A stretch of DNA of 64,000 bases from Octopus vulgaris (GCA_951406725.2 OX597818.1:114948001-115012000), one strand, 5' to 3'. Counted from the first letter of the stretch, positions 41,198-53,838 are shown. Notes: generated by a model not told the origin, from the letters alone. Made by a program: numbers and translations.

Positions 41198-41262
41198 ATT
41201 GATTGATTGATTGATTCCAGTTCCAGCCTATGAGCTGTGGCCATGCTGGGGCACCGCCATTT
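41198..41262 (-). mobile_element. ~65-bp LINE/SINE 3'-end-only insertion with (AATC)n tail
   Basis: Minus strand: ggcggtgccccagcatggccacagctcataggctggaactgg(aatc)n; absent from the duplicate copy at 42310. Confidence 0.75.
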
Positions 41263-41507
41263 ATATGTACATGTACGCATATATGTATGTGTAAGTATGG
41301 GTATTTGCATGTATATATGCTTATTATTTGTGTATGCATGTATGTATATGTGTATATGTATATATATGCTTGTATGTATTTATGTATATACAGATACGCA
41401 TGTGTGTGTGTATGTGTATGCATGTGTATATACATATGTATATATTTATGTATGTGTATGTGTATTGGTGTATATATGTATATATATATGTATATGTGTG
41501 TGTGTCC

Positions 41508-41543
<36 letters not shown>

Positions 41544-41598
41544 ATATGCTTGTATACCTGTGTGTGGGTGTATGTATGGATATATGTGTGTGTGTATG

Positions 41599-41649
<51 letters not shown>

Positions 41650-41937
41650 ATATATATGGGTATATGTGTGTATATGTATGTGTATGTATGTATGTGTATA
41701 TGTATATGTATGCGTGTATATGTATGGACTTGTAGGTTTTTTAATATATGTAGATATATATGTGTGCGTGTATGTGCGTAGATATGCGTATGTGTATTAG
41801 GATGTGCATGTGTTGACATATGTGTATGTATATATATAGATATATATTGATGGATGTGTATGTAGGTATGTATATGATGGGTGTAAGTATATATATGTGT
41901 ATGTATATGTAGATATATACGTATGTGTATGTGTTTA

Positions 41938-41982
<45 letters not shown>

Positions 41983-42187
41983 ATATATGTGTATATATAT
42001 GGACTTGTAGACTTCTGTATGTGTATATATGTATATAGGTGTAGTTGTAAATTTGGGTTTGGATATGAATATGAATATGAATATGGATATGGATATATAT
42101 TTGTATGTGCTTATGCGCGTGGATCTATGTGCTTGTATGTATGTATGGGTGTATATGTATATATATGTACGCTTGTGTGTTTTATGC

Positions 42188-42237
<50 letters not shown>

Positions 42238-42557
42238 GTATATATATGTATATATATGTATGTGTATATGTGTATATTTGTATACGTATCTGTATGTATC
42301 TGTATGTATGTGTACATGTACGCGTATATGTATGTGTAGGTATGGGTATTTGCATGTATATATATTTATTTGTGTATGCATGTATGTATATATGTATATG
42401 TATATGTATGTATGCTTGTATGTATTTATGTATATATAGATGCGCGTGTGTGTGTGTATGTGTATGCATATGTATATTCATCTGTATATGTTTATGTATG
42501 CGTAGGTGTATTGGTGTATATATGTATATATATATGTATATGTGTATATGTATGTGC

Positions 42558-42597
<40 letters not shown>

Positions 42598-42797
42598 TGT
42601 ATGTGTGTGTATATGCTTGTATACCAGTGTGTGGGTGTATGTATGTATATGTGTGTGTGTATGTATGTATATATATATATAGATATATGTATATATATAT
42701 ATATGGGTATATATATGTATATGTATGTGTATGTATGCATGTGTATATGTATATGTATGTGTGTATATGTATGGACTTGTGGGTTTTTTATATATGT

Positions 42798-45680
42798 TGT
42801 ACAAGCAACCATGCAATATGCATAGCGCTGACTGAAACGCACCTGTCAAGCAGTATAGCAGATGCAGAAATACACATACCGAAGTATACTGTTTTTCGGT
42901 CGGACAGGAAGGAAAGAACTCATGGTGGGGTTGCCCTGTACGTCCGTGAAGATGTCACACCCATAGTACTGTTGACACACTCAAACTCAGTCTGTGACAC
43001 ACTGATAGTACACATGAAACAACCGAAAATAGTAATATGTGTCACATATCGGCCACCAGACACCCCTAGTCATGAAGGAGTGTTTGAAGATAGCCTCAGA
43101 AGAATAGAAGAAGTCCTCGACAAACTGGACCAGGGTAACACCATTCTACTGCTGGGAGATTTTAACCTTCCGAAAGTCAAATGGCCAGATGGCCATCTCC
43201 TCCCTGGAATGACATCACTTGAACAGAGACAGACAGAGTCCTTGTTGGCTCTCACACGCAAGTTTTTCATGGAGCAAGCAGTGCTTTGGCCAACAAGAGG
43301 TGAGAATGTCTTGGACCTCTGTTTCACAAGCAACCCGATGCTCATCCACAACATAATGGTAACACCAACAATTCTCTCAGATCACAACTTAGTAGAGGTA
43401 ATGATATATGGTATGAGAGAGTTAGTTGAGACGCAGCCATTAGAAAATACCACAGGCCTATCCAGTCTAAACTTCCATAAGGCAAACTGGAAGAAGATCA
43501 ACGAAGAGATCCGAAAACATGACTGGAGTGACTTCATCACCACACAAGACACCAACACACATTTCCAACATTTCATGACAACAATACAGAACATATGCCA
43601 TAAGTTTGTCCCGGAGAAAAAAGCCAGCGGGCATAGGAACGTTATTCCCAGAGACAGGAAAATACTTATGAGGCGAAGAGCTAAGCTCTCGAAGCAACTG
43701 AATGCACGGCAGAGAAACAATGAGGGACTCCACCTGAAACTTTTTGAAACGGAAACTGCACTCAAACTTTCCTATGAGAAGGAGAGGGCAGAGAGAGAAG
43801 CCAGGGCCATAGAGAATATTAAAACAAACCCTAAAGCCTTCTTTAAATTTGCGAAAGAAACCACCTCGGTACACTGCAAGATTGGCCCACTCTTTGATAA
43901 AAAGGGCTCTCTAACTGAGGACCCCCAAGGGATAAGTGAAATACTAAAGGAACAGTATAAAAGTGTGTTCACATCCCCTCTGGGGCACATGCAAATCACA
44001 AACCCAGAAGTTTTCTTTGATGCCACAACACTCCAAAACCAAACAACAACCATCGACCACATAGACATAACAGAGAGGGATGTAATATCTGCCATAGAAG
44101 AAATGAGAATAAACTCAGCTGCTGGACCAGATGGATTCCCAGCAGTCCTCCTAAAAACATGCAGGCATGCCCTAGCGGGACCACTGAAGAAGCTCTTCAG
44201 TGGTTCCTTGGCTAACGGTAAACTGCCCAGGGCGCTTAAAGAAGGCACCATATGCCCTATCCACAAAGGAGGGAGTAGAGCAGAGGCCAAAAACTACAGG
44301 CCAGTCTCCCTGACGTCACACATAAGTAAGGTCATGGAACGAATCATCAGAAAAAAACTGATCACGTTCCTCGAAGAAACTAACCGTCTCACTGACACAC
44401 AGCATGGCTTTCGCCCAGGAAGAAGCTGCCTTACGCAGCTGTTACAACACTACGACTGGGTACTGAAACAACTACTGGATCGCTCACAGGTGGATGTGGT
44501 ATATCTCGACTTTGCGAAGGCCTTTGACAAAGTCGACCACGGAGTGATATGTCACAAATTACTCAGACTCGGCATAACAGGAAAAGTAGGTGAGTGGATA
44601 CATGACTTCCTGAAGGACAGAAGCCAGATGGTTGCAGCCAATGGAGCCCTCTCGGGAAAGACACCAATAGCAAGCGGGGTGCCACAGGGCACAGTCTTGG
44701 GACCCTTGCTGTTTTTGGTGGCGCTCTCTGACATGCCCTTGGTAGCACAAACAACATCCCTCACTAGCTATGCTGATGACACAAAGGTAGCACAGGCAAT
44801 CAAAAACCCAGCTGATGCTGACCTTTTACAACAAGATCTGGATGCCATATACAAATGGGCTGAAGACAACAACATGCAATTTAATGCTGGCAAATTTCAA
44901 GCCTTACAATATCAAGCTGTAAACACATATACATTACAACACAACTATACTGGTCCAGGAGGGATCGAAATCCCAGTATCGAAATCAATACGGGACCTGG
45001 GGATAGACATGAGTGACGATGCATCTTTTTCTTCACACATCGCGAAGGTGGCGACAATGTGCAGACGACTCACTGGCTGGATCCTGAGGACATTCCGGAC
45101 AAGAGACTGCGAGACCATGTTGACACTATGGAGGACATTTGTCCTAAGCCGCCTGGACTACTGCTCCCAACTGTGGTCACCGCATAGTGTCAAACTAACC
45201 ACAGAGCTTGAGACAATCCAAAGACATTTCACCAAGAGGATTTCCACCATGAAAGAAAAGAACTATTGGGAGAGGCTTAGGGAACTCAATTTGTACTCCT
45301 TGGAACGAAGACGAGAGAGATATGCAGTGATATACATATGGAAAATCCTGGAGGGACTAGCACCAAATTTTGGAATTGAGAGCTGTTCCAATCCCCGTAC
45401 AGGACGTCACTGTGTGGTGCCAAAGGTCCCGTCTTCCACATCCAGGGTAAGGAGCAGATACTGTAATAGCCTGGGGTTCAGGGGCCCTCAGCTTTTCAAC
45501 AAACTGCCAAGAAAACTAAGAGATCTACATGATGCGGATGTGGACATTTTCAAAAAACATCTAGACAAGCTGCTTTCCAGGATCCCAGATGAACCCACTG
45601 CAAGGTACGAAGGTAACCTAAGGGCAGCAGCTACAAACTCTCTCTTAGATCAGTGGCCAGCCACGGCAAACTGGACTTAG
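42798..45680 (+). CDS. LINE 2 ORF2 (APE endonuclease + reverse transcriptase), 960 open codons, start missing
   Basis: ALTETH, YRPP, GDFN, SDH; NYRPVSL, QHGFRPGRSC, YLDFAKAFD, GVPQG, YADD, YSLERRRERY. The ORF part upstream of 42798 is microsatellite. Confidence 0.9.
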   Translation, partial: CTSNHAICIALTETHLSSSIADAEIHIPKYTVFRSDRKERTHGGVALYVREDVTPIVLLTHSNSVCDTLIVHMKQPKIVICVTYRPPDTPSHEGVFEDSLRRIEEVLDKLDQGNTILLLGDFNLPKVKWPDGHLLPGMTSLEQRQTESLLALTRKFFMEQAVLWPTRGENVLDLCFTSNPMLIHNIMVTPTILSDHNLVEVMIYGMRELVETQPLENTTGLSSLNFHKANWKKINEEIRKHDWSDFITTQDTNTHFQHFMTTIQNICHKFVPEKKASGHRNVIPRDRKILMRRRAKLSKQLNARQRNNEGLHLKLFETETALKLSYEKERAEREARAIENIKTNPKAFFKFAKETTSVHCKIGPLFDKKGSLTEDPQGISEILKEQYKSVFTSPLGHMQITNPEVFFDATTLQNQTTTIDHIDITERDVISAIEEMRINSAAGPDGFPAVLLKTCRHALAGPLKKLFSGSLANGKLPRALKEGTICPIHKGGSRAEAKNYRPVSLTSHISKVMERIIRKKLITFLEETNRLTDTQHGFRPGRSCLTQLLQHYDWVLKQLLDRSQVDVVYLDFAKAFDKVDHGVICHKLLRLGITGKVGEWIHDFLKDRSQMVAANGALSGKTPIASGVPQGTVLGPLLFLVALSDMPLVAQTTSLTSYADDTKVAQAIKNPADADLLQQDLDAIYKWAEDNNMQFNAGKFQALQYQAVNTYTLQHNYTGPGGIEIPVSKSIRDLGIDMSDDASFSSHIAKVATMCRRLTGWILRTFRTRDCETMLTLWRTFVLSRLDYCSQLWSPHSVKLTTELETIQRHFTKRISTMKEKNYWERLRELNLYSLERRRERYAVIYIWKILEGLAPNFGIESCSNPRTGRHCVVPKVPSSTSRVRSRYCNSLGFRGPQLFNKLPRKLRDLHDADVDIFKKHLDKLLSRIPDEPTARYEGNLRAAATNSLLDQWPATANWT

Positions 45681-45763
45681 AGAGGGTAGCAACAAGGGCG
45701 GTGCCCCAGCATGGCCTCAGCCGGATGGCTGAAACAAGTAAAAGAGTAAAAGAGTAAAAGAGT
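42798..45763 (+). mobile_element. CR1/L2-group LINE 2, 5'-truncated, tail (GTAAAAGA)n
   Basis: APE and RT motifs, short 3'UTR, tandem-repeat tail. Confidence 0.95.
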
Positions 45764-46549
45764 AGATATATATGTGTGCGTGCATGTGCGTTGATATGCG
45801 TATGTGTATTAGTATGTGCATGTGTTTATATATATGTATGTATATATATATATGTGTGTATATATATGGACTTGGAGATTTCTGTATGTGTATATATATG
45901 TATGTATGTGTATGTGTGTAGATATGTACCTGTATGTACGTGTACGTATGTGTATGTACGTGCATGTATGTATATATATATATATGTGTGTAGGTATGTA
46001 TATGTAGGTATGCTTTTATGTACACGTGTATTAGGCATATGCGTTTATATATGCGAGCAGATGCTCATGTGTGTTTATGTGTACTGAAGTACATTTATAT
46101 ATGTGGTTTTGTGTGTACATAGTCATGTATATGTTTATGTGATAGGGGGTACATTTATGCATGTATGAATATGTGTACTTGTGTGTGTATATGTATGTGT
46201 ATACATATATACATATATATGTATATATGTATATATGTGCTTGTAGAGAGAGATACATGCATAAGTATGAGTCGATGAGTAGGAAATGAGCTAGAGAACA
46301 TGTGTTTGTGTATGTGTACGAGTGTGCGTGAGAGTGTGTGTGTGTGAGTGTTTGCGTTCGTGTCCGTGGGATAAGAGATAGTAAGGAAGGGTGAGGGGCG
46401 AGTACCCTGGGGACGGTCTACTCCAGCGCCACTAAATGTGTGTCGGCGGGTAGGTAGGTCATATATTACACCCTTTATGACTTTGAAGAGGTCAATATAA
46501 AAATAAAAATAAAATAAGGGAGGAAATGTGTGTGTATATATGTGCATGT

Positions 46550-46616
<67 letters not shown>

Positions 46617-46632
46617 GGTGTGTATATTCTCT

Positions 46633-46673
<41 letters not shown>

Positions 46674-46733
46674 AGATATATGTGTGCGTGTGCTTGCATG
46701 TTGGCATGTAGGTGTATGTGTATTGGTGTATAC

Positions 46734-46783
<50 letters not shown>

Positions 46784-46856
46784 ATGTATATATGTGTGTG
46801 TGTATGTATGAGTATGTGTATATATATGTATGTGTGTGTGTTTTTATATGTATATA

Positions 46857-46902
<46 letters not shown>

Positions 46903-47058
46903 CGATAGTCTTCTTATTTACTCTATTCTATTATTCTATTTATTCATTTATCTACTTTATCACTGATTCTTTTGACCACTCCCCTAGGAAAGACAGTTTG
47001 TCCACCACCCCATTAAATCTGCCTAAATGTATAAATGCCAAAACTATTCTTGACACCA

Positions 47059-47109
47059 AGCTTCCTGATGATTTCATTTGAATGAAACAGTTCTAGTCCT
47101 GTAGAAGCT
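47059..47109 (+). ncRNA. Type I hammerhead ribozyme motif
   Basis: agcttc-CTGATGA-tttcatttgaat-GAAA-cag-ttctagtc-ctg-TA-gaagct; canonical core, 6-bp stem I. Confidence 0.8.
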
Positions 47110-47490
47110 CCTTCTATAAAATAAATAAATATATATATATATATTCGACTGATTGCGTATATATGTGGATGTCCGCTTGCATTGGATGGTACAGTCGTGG
47201 TGCTATTGATATTAATATTAATTTTATTGACTTTTTGTGTAATGACACAATTTAATATATTGGACTGTTCAATATATATGCCTGCTTTGAATGTGAGTGT
47301 ACATGTTGTGTTTCTTGATGTTGGTTATGAAACTGTGGAGTTCAATATGGAACATTATTGTGTTTGTTGATATATTGATCTATATTGCTTATATTGTATT
47401 ATTGTGTGTATATATATATATGTAAGAATATGAGTGTGTATGCACACATATTTATATTTATATGTAAATTTTTTTCATACTTGCATTAAA

Positions 47491-47601
47491 TTCTCTGAAG
47501 AGGCCGTGAGATATTCTTGTTAATGTCTCATTTATACCTGCTTTATATGGCTAATAGGTTAAATGGGACATACCTGTCTTCACGGCCGAAACAGCTGTCA
47601 G
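47491..47601 (+). ncRNA. Hammerhead motif with long extended stem II
   Basis: CTGAAGA-ggccgtga...tcacggcc-GAAA-cagctg-TC; inner hairpin atgtctcattta/taaatgggacat; stem I only 2 bp. Confidence 0.65.
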
Positions 47602-47771
47602 CTACAATGTAGATGTATTTCTATTTCTATTTCTATGTCTTGTTATATTTGTACTATATTAATATATAATATCATTGCTATTGTGTAATGGTTTAATAAA
47701 ATATTGATTGGGTATTATCTGATGGTTGATGATTGATTTAGATATATTTCTCCATTTTCTCATTTTGTATA

Positions 47772-47831
<60 letters not shown>

Positions 47832-47995
47832 TACACGTGAGAGAATGGACAAACTGCTAAAGAGACCGATAGAGTAAGTACCAGACGTTTGAAAAAGATA
47901 AGCAAAGCATCGATTCATTTTAATAAAAATTCTTCAACTTGGGAACGTAAGCACACCAACACCGGCTGTCAAGCGTTAGTGGAGAAGAAGGATAG

Positions 47996-48028
<33 letters not shown>

Positions 48029-48088
48029 TATATGTATATAATGTACTGATCCATGATAGAAAATTCAAGAAAAAAAGGAAGGAAGGAA

Positions 48089-48137
<49 letters not shown>

Positions 48138-48973
48138 GAACGAACGAATGAACAAACAAACGAACGAACGAAGACATTATCAGAAAAATAAGATGAGAAA
48201 GAATTCAAAGATTGATCTTTACCCGTTTTTTTTCTCTCTTTTATTTCATTTCACTATCAATAAATACGAGATCATGTCACATTCTTCAGAGATTGTTTTA
48301 TTTTCTTTCTTTTACTACAGACATGCCACTTCACTTCTTCCAGTCTGAACTACTTTCACTCGACTGGAATTCTTTCGCTATCTCTTTCCAAACAGAATAT
48401 AAATAAAATGCTAAACAAGGACAGCTTTATTTATCAACCACCCTATAAATCAATAATATTAAGTTGTGAAACAAGTGTTGTTGAAAAACACAGGGCGTTG
48501 TTTATACATATATATTTGTCAGTATTAGCAATTAAATGAACTATGATATATTGAAAGCGATATGATAAAGCATTCAACTACACAATATGCGTTATGTTTC
48601 TTCAATGCTTCTTAGCAATGAGATTTATGCGTTACGGGTGTTATACAAGTGACAGCTACTCTTTTCTATCCAATCTGTAATCAGTAATAACTCTAACTAA
48701 ATATTAACCATAACTATAACACAGAAATCTTTGTTGCCTCGTCTAACATATTATTTGTTTACCTTTCGGTAAATGCTAATTTCTTAAGAGTTAAGTTAGT
48801 GGCTTCAAAGTCGTCTCTCGATCTGCTAAGTATATCAACCAAATCTCCCTCGCAACACATGTTATCGTCTTACAACGGTGAACATAAAACATGGTTTTAG
48901 ATGGAGAAAAATGAGATGATGGCGCTAACTGGAACACATTCGCCCCACGACTCTGCCAGCTTGCCGCCTTTAC

Positions 48974-49015
<42 letters not shown>

Positions 49016-49272
49016 CTTTTCTACTCTAGGCTCAAGGCCCGAAATTTTGCGGGAGTGGCGCCAGTCGTTTAGATCGACCTTAGTACGCAACTGGTACTTA
49101 ATTTATCGACCCCGAAAGGATAAAAAGCAAAGTCAACCTCGGCAAAATTTGAACTCAGAACGTGGCGACGGACGAAATATGTTGCTCGGCGTGCTAACGA
49201 CTCTACCAGCAGTGAGAATGAACCCGGAACCATGTGGCTGGTAAACAGGCTACTTAACCACTCCTGCACCTA

Positions 49273-49353
<81 letters not shown>

Positions 49354-50213
49354 GGTTTCAAATTTAGGCACAAGGCCAGCAATTGTGGGAGAGGGGTAAT
49401 TCGATTATATCGATCTCATAATACTTTTTATTATTGACACGAGGCCTGAAATTTGGGGGGAGTGGGCTAATCGATTGTATCGACCTCAGGATTACGAATT
49501 CTGAATTATACGCGAGCACATGCACTCATATACATGCAAACATGTGCATCTGTAAACATACATACATATTACACATGCATATACATGCATATCGCATACA
49601 CACATCCACGTACATATACACATATATAAATACATGTACATGCACATACACATATCTTTGCAAGGAAATAAATGACATAGAGTAAAAGAAATAGTTATGA
49701 AAACAAGATATAATTTAAATGAATAAAACATGAAAGATTACTTGCATTACGCGACATTGTTAACAATTCTTAAATTGGGTTTGAGTGCATCCAAATGTAC
49801 CAGTCAGCATTTTGGGACGTTTAATGTTAAAAACACCAGCATGCTGAAAGTATTTTCTTCAATGGGATGTGTTAATTTAAATTTTACTAGCAATCTGTCA
49901 TTTCCATGTTGTTTATTTTCTGAACTTAATAGTTTTTGCGTCATTACAACATCTGTAGAAAATCAGTGGCATAAGAAATTTGTGAATTTGTCTGTTAATT
50001 GTTTGTCTGAGATTTTAAAATGGGTAAAACTTGATTTATCATAGTTCTTTTCATTTTCTTCATTATTTTCATAAGAGACGGTTTCGTTGTCGTTTGGAAG
50101 AATTCGATCCTTCACACATTTTTTTCTACTTGGATCTTCCTGTTCTACAAAAGCATTTGTATTTTAAAAAATTACATTTGTATTTTATCACTTCTCCATT
50201 GCACGATGAAGGT

Positions 50214-50518
50214 TGTTTATTCCTTCCCGAGCCACGCTTGGTTCATTAGGGCCAGTTTTCCGGTTTCTCGGCGTATAGGTTCCCCACCTGGATCGGACGC
50301 CGGTCCGTCGCAGGTGAGCTGCAAGATGCAGGAGGAAAGAGTGAGAGAAAGTTGTGGCGAAAGAGTCAGCAGAAGTTCGCCAATACCTTCTGCCGGAGCT
50401 GCGTGGAGCTTAGGTGTTTCGCTCATAAACACACAAATCGCCCGGCCTGAGATTCCAACCCGCAATCCCTCGACCGCGAGTCCGCTGCTCTAACCACTAG
50501 GCCATGTGCCACCACACC
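50214..50518 (-). mobile_element. SINE family C with 12-bp TSD
   Basis: TSD cacgatgaaggt at 50202-50213 and 50519-50530. Confidence 0.9.
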
Positions 50519-50899
50519 CACGATGAAGGTGTTGTGTTACGGGTCGGTACTGTTTGGGAACGAGGCCTTTGCTTAACCACCTCTGACACAGTAATATTGT
50601 ATACGCTGCCCATTTTCTGGTGCACATACAGAAATATCCGCCTAGCGCCACTTCCCAACACCGTAAGCATTATTCCTCTTTAAGCACAAGTTTCTGATAC
50701 AGCCCCTCGATGGCACAGAGAAAGCCGCTTCCCTTTTTGTGAAGCTAAGTTACGTTACTCTTCTACACGATCCCTTCTGAATAAATTTTGCAGGACAAGA
50801 GATGTAATTATTGTTAATGAAATCTTATCACCGATCCATTTAGGTAGGACTGGGCATTTTCTTTCTTTCTTTAATCTAAATTTCAATGCCGGGTGTAAT

Positions 50900-52960
50900 T
50901 TTAGTAAAAATGTCCTCATACGTGCATAATAAAAGTAGTGTGTCTAGAAATGAGCGCCAGTGTTGGATTCGCGGTCGAGTTTCTGAAAATACTAAAAAAT
51001 AACTTAATTTTTCAAAATCATGAGTGACCAGCTGCAAGAAAAACCTGTCTATGCATTCACGACCACAAGGATGATCTCATTCATTTTTTGTAGGCATTTA
51101 ACCGTTGAATAACTATAATATCGAATCAAATGCTACCAAAAGGCTAGTTCAATATGTGCAATAAAATGTGACAAAGATGAATAAAATATGGCTTGCTTCG
51201 TAAAACAAGGTTACGCAACACTGTATCTTAAAAACTTTTATATAGATTTTGAAAGAAGTAATATGAATTAATATCAAATTAACATTAAATTAAACAAACA
51301 AGAGCTGTCCAAAATATTTATTAAACCTTATCTGTTTGTTTCTTCTAAATGGAGAAGAGAATTAATTAAGTACACCTCACTTTGTCAACAAGATTACCGG
51401 TCAGGACAGGTGCAAAAAATAAAAAAAGAGGCTAAGAATTTTATGGGAAGGGAACATTTGTACTATTTTGGTATTTTATCAATTTCGGTGGATTCTGAAA
51501 TTCAAAACATAAATGCTTTTCCCATTCTCAAAAGATTCAAATATCTATCGATGCCATCCTCCTGCTAAAGAATGTGAGAAGTCATCGCTTTAGTGAACTG
51601 CAGTATTTTACACGTATACGCAGTTTGGTTTTATTGGAATGTAAACTTGGAATATAGAAAAACGTAACAATATAATATTCCCATTTCCTAAATCAGGAGG
51701 GTTAAGCATGCAACCCGCAGTCGTTTGAGTCTGGCCCGCAGGTTAATTATATTTTTAAAATACTAACTTTCGACTTTAAAATACTTACCGTTAGGAGGAG
51801 TTCAGAGTCAGACCCCGACTAGACAAGCAATTAATTCTGGTTCTGATTAATCAAATCCCCGTGTACTTCTGGAAATTTATCTCAACTTATGAGAAAAGGA
51901 GACCATGGGTCTATTGAATCAAATATATGATTTCCTCTTCACTTTCTCAATAAACACTGCGCAAAATGTTAGGGGCGAAGGAGGGCGGTTTTTACTCTTT
52001 TACTCTTTTACTTGTTTCAGTCATTTGACTGCGGTCATGCTGGAGCACCGCCTTTAGTCAAGCAAATCGACCCCAGAACAAACTCTTTGTAAGCCTAGTA
52101 CTTATTCTATCGGTCTCTTTTATCGAACCGCTAAGTTACGGGGACGTAAACACACCAGCATCGGTTGTCAAGCGATGCTGGGGGGGGGGGACAAACACAG
52201 ACACACAAACATATACACACACAAACATATATATGTACATATACATATATACGACGGGCTTCTTTCAGGTTCCGTCTACCAAATCCACTCACAAGGCCCG
52301 AGGCTATAGTAGAATACACTTGTCCAAGGTGTCACGCAGTAGGACTGAACCTAGAACCATGTGGTTGGTAAGCAAGCTACTTACCAAACAGCCACTTCAA
52401 ATTGTTTCTCTAGTAAATTCTAATGTTACGAATAAGGTTGAAATGTCTTGCGGCTGATTCAATGCAAGCAGCTGAAAGGAGATTTTTTTACAGTAAAATC
52501 GACCAAATTTCATTACTATATTGGATGTAGATATTCAGAAATTAGCGATTTTTAAGAGAACTCTAGTGAATGAAGAAGTAGACGAGACGTTTCTATCGTA
52601 ACTCACGATCGGTGGAGTGAAATGTACTTCTAAAAATTGTTTTCAATAAATGTTATTATTGTTCTGTAGATTATTTTACCTAACCTGATTATGTCAAAGT
52701 AAAATAAAGTGGAAACTGAATGCAGAATAGTGCCAAAATAATAATAATAAATAGACATATGTACCGAATTGGCATGTAAAATAAACTGCCTGGTTTGCAG
52801 TAAAATAGTATCTGTTATAAGTAAGACTTCGGTGTGTAACAGGATAACACATTGCATGAAAATTTGAAAACTTGAAAGTTAGAAGCGGTTGGGGGCATTG
52901 AAAACTCGCCCAATCCTAACATATGTGAGAACTGAGGCGTTTGTAGATTAACTGGAATAA
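50900..52960 (-). mobile_element. Heavily decayed hAT (Charlie/Buster-like) transposase remnant
   Basis: Colinear short motifs: NFQVFKFSCN, ILLHTEV, ELR*KRLVYF, TGFS, ETRPRI; interrupted by SINE A. Confidence 0.4.
51990..52396 (-). mobile_element. SINE family A
   Basis: Near-complete head, body and tail with (gtaaaaga)n end. Confidence 0.85.
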
Positions 52961-53111
52961 CCTGATGGGAGACTGGGTGATGCCAATAAAAGTATATTTA
53001 CGTTTAATGTATTTATATGCTTCATGTTGTTCTACTGTTGTCTCCTACAATTTACGAATCGTATGTAAATTTTTTTCATGGTATGAGACATTCTTCGTTA
53101 CAAAAAATATG

Positions 53112-53386
53112 TGTTCTGTATTTAAAAGACGAGGAATTATGTACATTATTTACGTTATTTACATTATTTATATTTGACGGATATTTGTCCTCAACTTGTT
53201 TGTTGTCAACACAGCGTTTCGGCTGATACACCCTCCAGCGTTCATCAGGTGTCTTGGAGAAATTTCGAACCTGGGTTCTCATTCCTAAGGTATTTTGCGA
53301 TGTTGTTATTATTACTATTATTTAGGTCACTGCCTGGAATCGAACTCGGAATCTTGGGGTTAGTAGCCCGCGCCCTTAACCACTAC
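53112..53386 (-). mobile_element. tRNA-headed SINE family H carrying a hammerhead motif
   Basis: gtagtggttaag...gagttcgattcc head, (taa)n linker, HHR at 53208-53253, (gtaaataat)n-like repeats. Confidence 0.75.
53208..53253 (-). ncRNA. Minimal type I hammerhead motif inside SINE H (two deviations in this copy)
   Basis: gacac-CTGATGA-a-cgctg-gagggtgtat-cagcc-GAAA-cg-CT-gtgtt. Confidence 0.65.
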
Positions 53387-53631
53387 TCTTTTACTCTTTT
53401 ACTTGTTTCAGTCATTTGACTGTGGCCATGCTGGAGCACCTTTAGTCGACCAAATCGACCCCAGGACTTATTCTTTGTAAGCTTAGTACTTATTCTATCG
53501 GTCTCTTTTGCCGAACCGCTAGGTTAGGGGGACATAAACACACCAGCATCGGTTGTCAAGCGATGCTGGGGAACAAACACAGACACACAAACATACACAC
53601 ACACGCACGCACGCACGCACGCACGCACGCA

Positions 53632-53682
<51 letters not shown>

Positions 53683-53838
53683 GCATATATACGACGTCTA
53701 CCAAATCCACTGACAAGGCTTTGGTCGGGCCGAGGCTATTGTAGAAGACACTTTCCCAAGGTTCCACGCAGTGGGACTGAACCCGGAACCATGTGGTTCG
53801 TAAGCAAGCTACTTTCCACACAGCCACTCCTACGCCTA
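53384..53838 (-). mobile_element. SINE family A, full length, nested in the SINE H locus
   Basis: Head taggcgtaggagtggctgtgtgg; tail gaaacaagtaaaagagtaaaagagta. Confidence 0.9.

Larger units (their letters stand above)
40951..46000 (+). repeat. ~1.1-kb tandem duplication of TA/TG-rich sequence; second copy split by LINE 2
   Basis: Anchor tgtaaatttgggtt...atgaatatgaatatgaatatggat at about 40951 and 42045 (partial at 40787). Confidence 0.8.

Noticed and set aside
42105-42797. Apparent N-terminal extension of the 1191-aa ORF (likewise 20889-20999 for LINE 1)
   Set aside because: Flanking microsatellite that happens to be in frame; the empty-site comparison puts the LINE boundary at 42798.
45718-45736. 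Hairpin-GAAAC at LINE and SINE A 3' ends as a ribozyme half
   Set aside because: No CTGANGA core upstream; better explained as the RT recognition stem-loop.
50560-50600. RWLSKG hAT-like motif on the minus strand
   Set aside because: Isolated short match, out of order with the other hAT motifs.
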